This document shows positions 60,582 to 64,000 of a DNA stretch of 64,000 nucleotides, one piece after another. The DNA lies in the NCBI GenBank assembly GCA_036523395.1, contig DATDEH010000122.1, positions 28,429-92,428 of the forward strand, written 5' to 3'. The notes below the pieces were generated by a model. The model ran no database searches. It saw only the letters and a program-made list of their open reading frames with translations, and was not told the origin of the DNA. This stretch comes from Candidatus Limnocylindria bacterium. Lineage in GTDB: Bacteria > Chloroflexota > Limnocylindria > P2-11E. Positions within the stretch are counted from its first letter, which is position 1, and every line of letters begins with the position of its first letter. Made by a program: the position numbers and the translations under genes.

Positions 60582-62561
60582 GTGTTTTCGAAGCGCCAGA
60601 GGCGTCAGCGCGCCGTCGTCGCCGGGCTTGCGGCGCTCGCGGTGCTGTTCGGCGCTTTCGCGCTCCTGACGGAGGCCTTCGACACCACGCTCCAGACCGC
60701 CGTCTACGACAAGGCGATCGAGATCTCGCCCGCCCAGGTGAAGAACCAGATGACGATCGTCGCGGTCGACGACCTCACCATCGCGAAGTACGACGTCTAC
60801 CCGCTGCCACGTCGTGCGTACGCCGATCTCATCCGTGCCCTTCGAGCGCAGAACCCGACGGTGATCGCGATGGACGTCAGCTTCTACGACCGCTCGCCGA
60901 GCCCCGAGGACGACGCGCTTCTCGCGTCGGCGATCAAGGACGCCGGCAACGTGATCCTCGCGATGCAGGGCGCAGGCGATGGCGTCCTCACCGATCACTC
61001 GACGAAGTTCGCGCTCGTGCAGCTCCCGATCGCGCAGCTGAGCGCGGCGGCAGCCGGGCTCGGCTCGGTGAACGTCACAGCCGATCCTGACGGACACGTT
61101 CGCGACGCGCAGATGCGCATCGAGGGGCCTGACGGAAAGACGTACTACGCCCTGCCGCTCGTCGCCGCGGCTCGCCAGGTGCGCGCGGACCTCAGCAAGG
61201 CAAAGCTCTCCGGTGACCGGCTCGTCGTGCCCGCTCCGCTCGGCGAACGGGTGCTTCCGCTCAACGAGCGCGGCGGGATGGCCGTGTACTACGCCGCGAA
61301 GCCCGCGACGTCCACCAGCGAGCAGCAGTCGCTGGGCTTCTGCAAGACGTCGGGCGAGTTCTGCGTCGTGTCGATGAAGGACGTCATCGCGGGCGCGGTC
61401 CCGCGCGAGCTGATCCTCGGCCGCACGGTGTTCGTGGGCTTCCACTCCGTGTCGGCTGTGCCGGACGACTATCCGGTCCCGAACAGCGTCGGGCGCAAGA
61501 TGTTCGGCGTCGAGATCTGGGCGAACACAGCGCAGTCGATCTTCACCAACCGGTATCCCGTACTGAAGCAGGGCTTCTTCACGACGCTCGCGCAGCTCCT
61601 CATCCTGACCCTGGTCGGCATGCTCCTCGTGGTGCGCTGGCGCCTGTGGGGCTTCCTTACGGCGCTGGGCGTGCTCCTCGCGTACATCGCCGGCGCCTAC
61701 GTGCTGTTCACGCTCCAGACGCAGGGCGACATCGGCAACGGGCCGGTCGAAGTCCCGTCGATGGGCTACGTCATCCCGGCCGCGTTCTGGTGGGTCATCG
61801 CCCTGGGTTACCTGCTCTTTGAGGAGCAACTCGCCCTGTCGCGAACGCAGAACACATTCGGGCGGTTCGTCACGCCAGCGGTCGCGCGAACGATCATGGA
61901 CCGCGAAGAGACCGGCCAGCTCGCCCTGGGTGGGGAGGATCGGCGCGTGACGGTGCTCTTCGGCGACATCCGCGGCTTCACTGCGATCTCGGAGGGAATG
62001 ACCCCGGGGATCCTTCTGGGCCACCTCAACCGCTACTTCGACGGTATGGTGAACATCGTGAACCGCTATGAGGGGACCGTGAACAAGTACAACGGTGACA
62101 ACATCATGGTCATCTGGGGCGCCCCGATCGAGGTCGCCGACGAGGCGCGCAAGGCGGTCGAGTGCGCGCTCGAGATGCAGAAGTGGATCCAAGCGGAGCG
62201 TGCGAAGGGCGGGCCTGACGTGTCATTCGGCTTCGGCATCAACACCGGGCACGTCGTCGCAGGGTTTCTCGGCGCGATGGGCCGAATGGAGTACACGGTC
62301 ATCGGCGACACCGCGAACGTCGCATCGCGCCTCACCTCGGCGGACATCGCCCGCCGCGATCAGGTCGCATGCAGCGCCGAGACGCTCAGCGAGCTCGGGA
62401 GCGATGTCGATTACGTCGACCTCGGCGCGATCCTGGTGAAAGGTCGCGCGGAGCCGGTCGCGTGCTACCAGATCGACCGCATCGGTGCGCTCGCGAACCC
62501 CAACGCTGCACCTGCGCCGCAGATCAGGGTCGGCGCCGCGGCCGTGGCCGGATTCCATTGA
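60582..62561 (+). CDS. CHASE2-sensor class III adenylate/guanylate cyclase
   Basis: N-terminal TM plus a periplasmic CHASE2-like region, three TM helices, and a cyclase catalytic block (VTVLFGDIRGFT…YNGDNIMVIWGAP…GINTGHVVAG). Confidence 0.75.
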   Translation: MFSKRQRRQRAVVAGLAALAVLFGAFALLTEAFDTTLQTAVYDKAIEISPAQVKNQMTIVAVDDLTIAKYDVYPLPRRAYADLIRALRAQNPTVIAMDVSFYDRSPSPEDDALLASAIKDAGNVILAMQGAGDGVLTDHSTKFALVQLPIAQLSAAAAGLGSVNVTADPDGHVRDAQMRIEGPDGKTYYALPLVAAARQVRADLSKAKLSGDRLVVPAPLGERVLPLNERGGMAVYYAAKPATSTSEQQSLGFCKTSGEFCVVSMKDVIAGAVPRELILGRTVFVGFHSVSAVPDDYPVPNSVGRKMFGVEIWANTAQSIFTNRYPVLKQGFFTTLAQLLILTLVGMLLVVRWRLWGFLTALGVLLAYIAGAYVLFTLQTQGDIGNGPVEVPSMGYVIPAAFWWVIALGYLLFEEQLALSRTQNTFGRFVTPAVARTIMDREETGQLALGGEDRRVTVLFGDIRGFTAISEGMTPGILLGHLNRYFDGMVNIVNRYEGTVNKYNGDNIMVIWGAPIEVADEARKAVECALEMQKWIQAERAKGGPDVSFGFGINTGHVVAGFLGAMGRMEYTVIGDTANVASRLTSADIARRDQVACSAETLSELGSDVDYVDLGAILVKGRAEPVACYQIDRIGALANPNAAPAPQIRVGAAAVAGFH

Positions 62562-62566
62562 TCGAC

Positions 62567-63058
62567 ATGCTGGACGACAAGGTCGCGCTCATCCTCGTGA
62601 AGCTTGGACACCTGTCCGTGCAGCGGGACCGCGAGGCGTACCTGCGCGGCCTCGTCGAGCTGTGCTCGCAGGCGGTCGATGCCGAGCGCTGCACCTTCTA
62701 CGTCGTCGACCAGCAGAAGAAGGAGATCTGGGCGCGGGTCGCGCAGCGCACCACGACGGAGATCCGCATGCCGCTCGGTCAGGGCCTCGCCGGGCAATCC
62801 GCTCTCAGCGGCGAGACGATCAACGTGCCCGACGCATACGGCGATTCGCGCTTCGACCGCAAGGTCGACATGCGCACGGGATTCCGCACGCTCAATGTGC
62901 TCGTCGTCCCGGTGTGGGGGAGCAAGGGAAAGCCCGTCGCCGTCATTCAGGTCCTCAACAAGCGGACCGGGACCTTCGAGCGTCGCGATCAGATGCTCCT
63001 CGAGCAGATCGCCGAGACGATCGCGCCGGTAGCCGAGCGGATCACCTCGGCGGAATGA
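62567..63058 (+). CDS. stand-alone GAF-domain protein
   Basis: A GAF fold (…CTFYVVD…IWARVAQ…IRMPLGQGLAG…VVPVW…). An in-frame TTG at 62558 overlaps the cyclase stop (TTGA). Confidence 0.6.
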   Translation: MLDDKVALILVKLGHLSVQRDREAYLRGLVELCSQAVDAERCTFYVVDQQKKEIWARVAQRTTTEIRMPLGQGLAGQSALSGETINVPDAYGDSRFDRKVDMRTGFRTLNVLVVPVWGSKGKPVAVIQVLNKRTGTFERRDQMLLEQIAETIAPVAERITSAE

Positions 63059-64000
63059 GCGGCGCGCCGGCCGAGCGCCGGGCCGGGGAGCGCCGGCGGA
63101 ACGCCGGGCACCGGCTCGAGGTCATCCTGGATGTGACCCGTCGTCTTATGTCAGTGACGGATCTCACCTCGTTGCTGCAGCTGATGGCCGAGGCGACGCG
63201 CGAGCTCCTGGCGTCCGACCGAGCGACGATCTTCATCGTCGATCCCGATCGCGGCGAGCTCTGGTCGCGCATCGCGCTCGGCACGAGCGAGATCCGCATC
63301 CCGATCGGAACCGGCATCGCCGGCACCGTCGCGCAGACGGGCGAGGTCATCAACATCCCCGACGCCTACGCGGATCCCCGCTTCAATCCCGAGCCCGACC
63401 AGCAGAGCGGCTACCAGACCAAGAGTCTCCTGACGTTCCCCATGACCGGCCAGGAAGGGCGCGTGATCGGCGTGTTCCAGGCGGTGAACAAGAACGGCGG
63501 CGGCGCCTTCACCAGCGCCGACGAGGACACGCTCGCGTCGCTCGCGGCATCCGCGGCCGTCGCGGTCGAGAACGCGCAGCTCGTGGCAGAGCAGAAGCAG
63601 CTGTGGCAGACGCTCATCGAGACGCTCGCTATGACCATCGACGCGCGCGACCAGCAGACGGCCGGGCACAGCCAGCGGGTCACGCGCTACGCGGACGTCA
63701 TCGGGCGCGCGATGGGCCTCAAGGGGAAGGATCTCGAGAAGCTCCGCGCGGCGGCGCTGCTCCACGACTACGGGAAGATCGCGGTCCGCGACAAGTTCCT
63801 GCAGAAGCCCGGAAAGCTCGACGAGGCCGAATTCGCCTACATGAAGGCGCACGCGGAGAAGACGTTCGAGTTCCTGGCGCACCTCGAGTTCCCGCGCGAC
63901 ATGCGCGAGGTGCCGGTGATCGCGTCGCAGCACCACGAGCGCATGGACGGCAAGGGCTATCCGAGAGGACTCGCGGCAGACTCGATCGTGCTCGGCGCGC
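63055..64000 (+). CDS. GAF–HD-GYP protein (putative c-di-GMP phosphodiesterase), 3'-partial
   Basis: ATG overlaps the upstream stop (ATGA). GAF block followed by HD-GYP signatures (LLHDYGKI, HHERMDGKGYP). The ORF runs off the window end, so it is absent from the supplied track. Confidence 0.7.
   Translation, partial: MSGAPAERRAGERRRNAGHRLEVILDVTRRLMSVTDLTSLLQLMAEATRELLASDRATIFIVDPDRGELWSRIALGTSEIRIPIGTGIAGTVAQTGEVINIPDAYADPRFNPEPDQQSGYQTKSLLTFPMTGQEGRVIGVFQAVNKNGGGAFTSADEDTLASLAASAAVAVENAQLVAEQKQLWQTLIETLAMTIDARDQQTAGHSQRVTRYADVIGRAMGLKGKDLEKLRAAALLHDYGKIAVRDKFLQKPGKLDEAEFAYMKAHAEKTFEFLAHLEFPRDMREVPVIASQHHERMDGKGYPRGLAADSIVLGA

Overview
This is a 64-kb, ~70 % GC bacterial chromosomal segment with dense coding on both strands. 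GTG/TTG starts and 1–4-nt start/stop overlaps (ATGA, GTGA, TGATG) are frequent, which is typical of high-GC Actinobacteria- or Chloroflexi-like genomes. No organism can be assigned from sequence alone. No CRISPR array, transposase or integrase was seen.

Content, in order along the window:
- A TrxB-like oxidoreductase fused to a cNMP-binding domain (5' partial).
- A minus-strand operon: NYN-domain (PIN-like RNase) protein with RG-rich tails, followed by two single-domain receivers.
- tldD–pmbA.
- A redox and metal block: cupredoxin, two c-type cytochromes, chromate-resistance remnants (chrA fragment, ChrB-like domain, frameshifted YVTN propeller), YcnI-like–CopCD copper operon with a Fur-family regulator, NicO transporter, and a Zur-like–ZIP pair.
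- A Trm112-like gene and Mrp/ApbC.
- A Wzx-like flippase.
- A LuxR response regulator (RR) plus a pseudo-receiver.
- The standout of the window: a 5.4-kb single ORF encoding receiver – T2SS-E-N-like – TM – FecR – collagen triple helix (~160 GXY triplets, including an 11× perfect 9-bp tandem repeat) – repetitive Cys-capped C-terminus. It is followed by a translationally coupled operon: two paralogous small membrane proteins, a Pro-rich membrane protein, a TPR lipoprotein and a large YfhO-like polytopic membrane protein. I interpret this as a candidate novel signal-regulated collagen-like surface-fibre system that may be glycosylated.
- Two secreted enzymes (an HExxH peptidase-like protein and an SLT lytic transglycosylase). 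Each is preceded by the same ~105-nt conserved leader (candidate c-di-AMP/ydaO-type riboswitch) and shares a signal-peptide/N-terminal module.
- A DivIVA-like giant A/E/R-rich coiled-coil protein → GAF-GAF histidine kinase (HK) → LuxR RR.
- A class-III aminotransferase.
- OmpR RR plus an orphan TadE/TadE/TadG set.
- B12-dependent RNR nrdJ with its terminator.
- VanW-like protein, cinA, CBS protein, tRNA-Lys(CUU), FkbM methyltransferase, VOC protein.
- A GGDEF cyclase.
- A LysW-type (alpha-aminoadipate carrier) lysine-biosynthesis cluster, lysWXY…ZK.
- A CHASE2-cyclase → GAF → GAF–HD-GYP operon that runs off the 3' edge.
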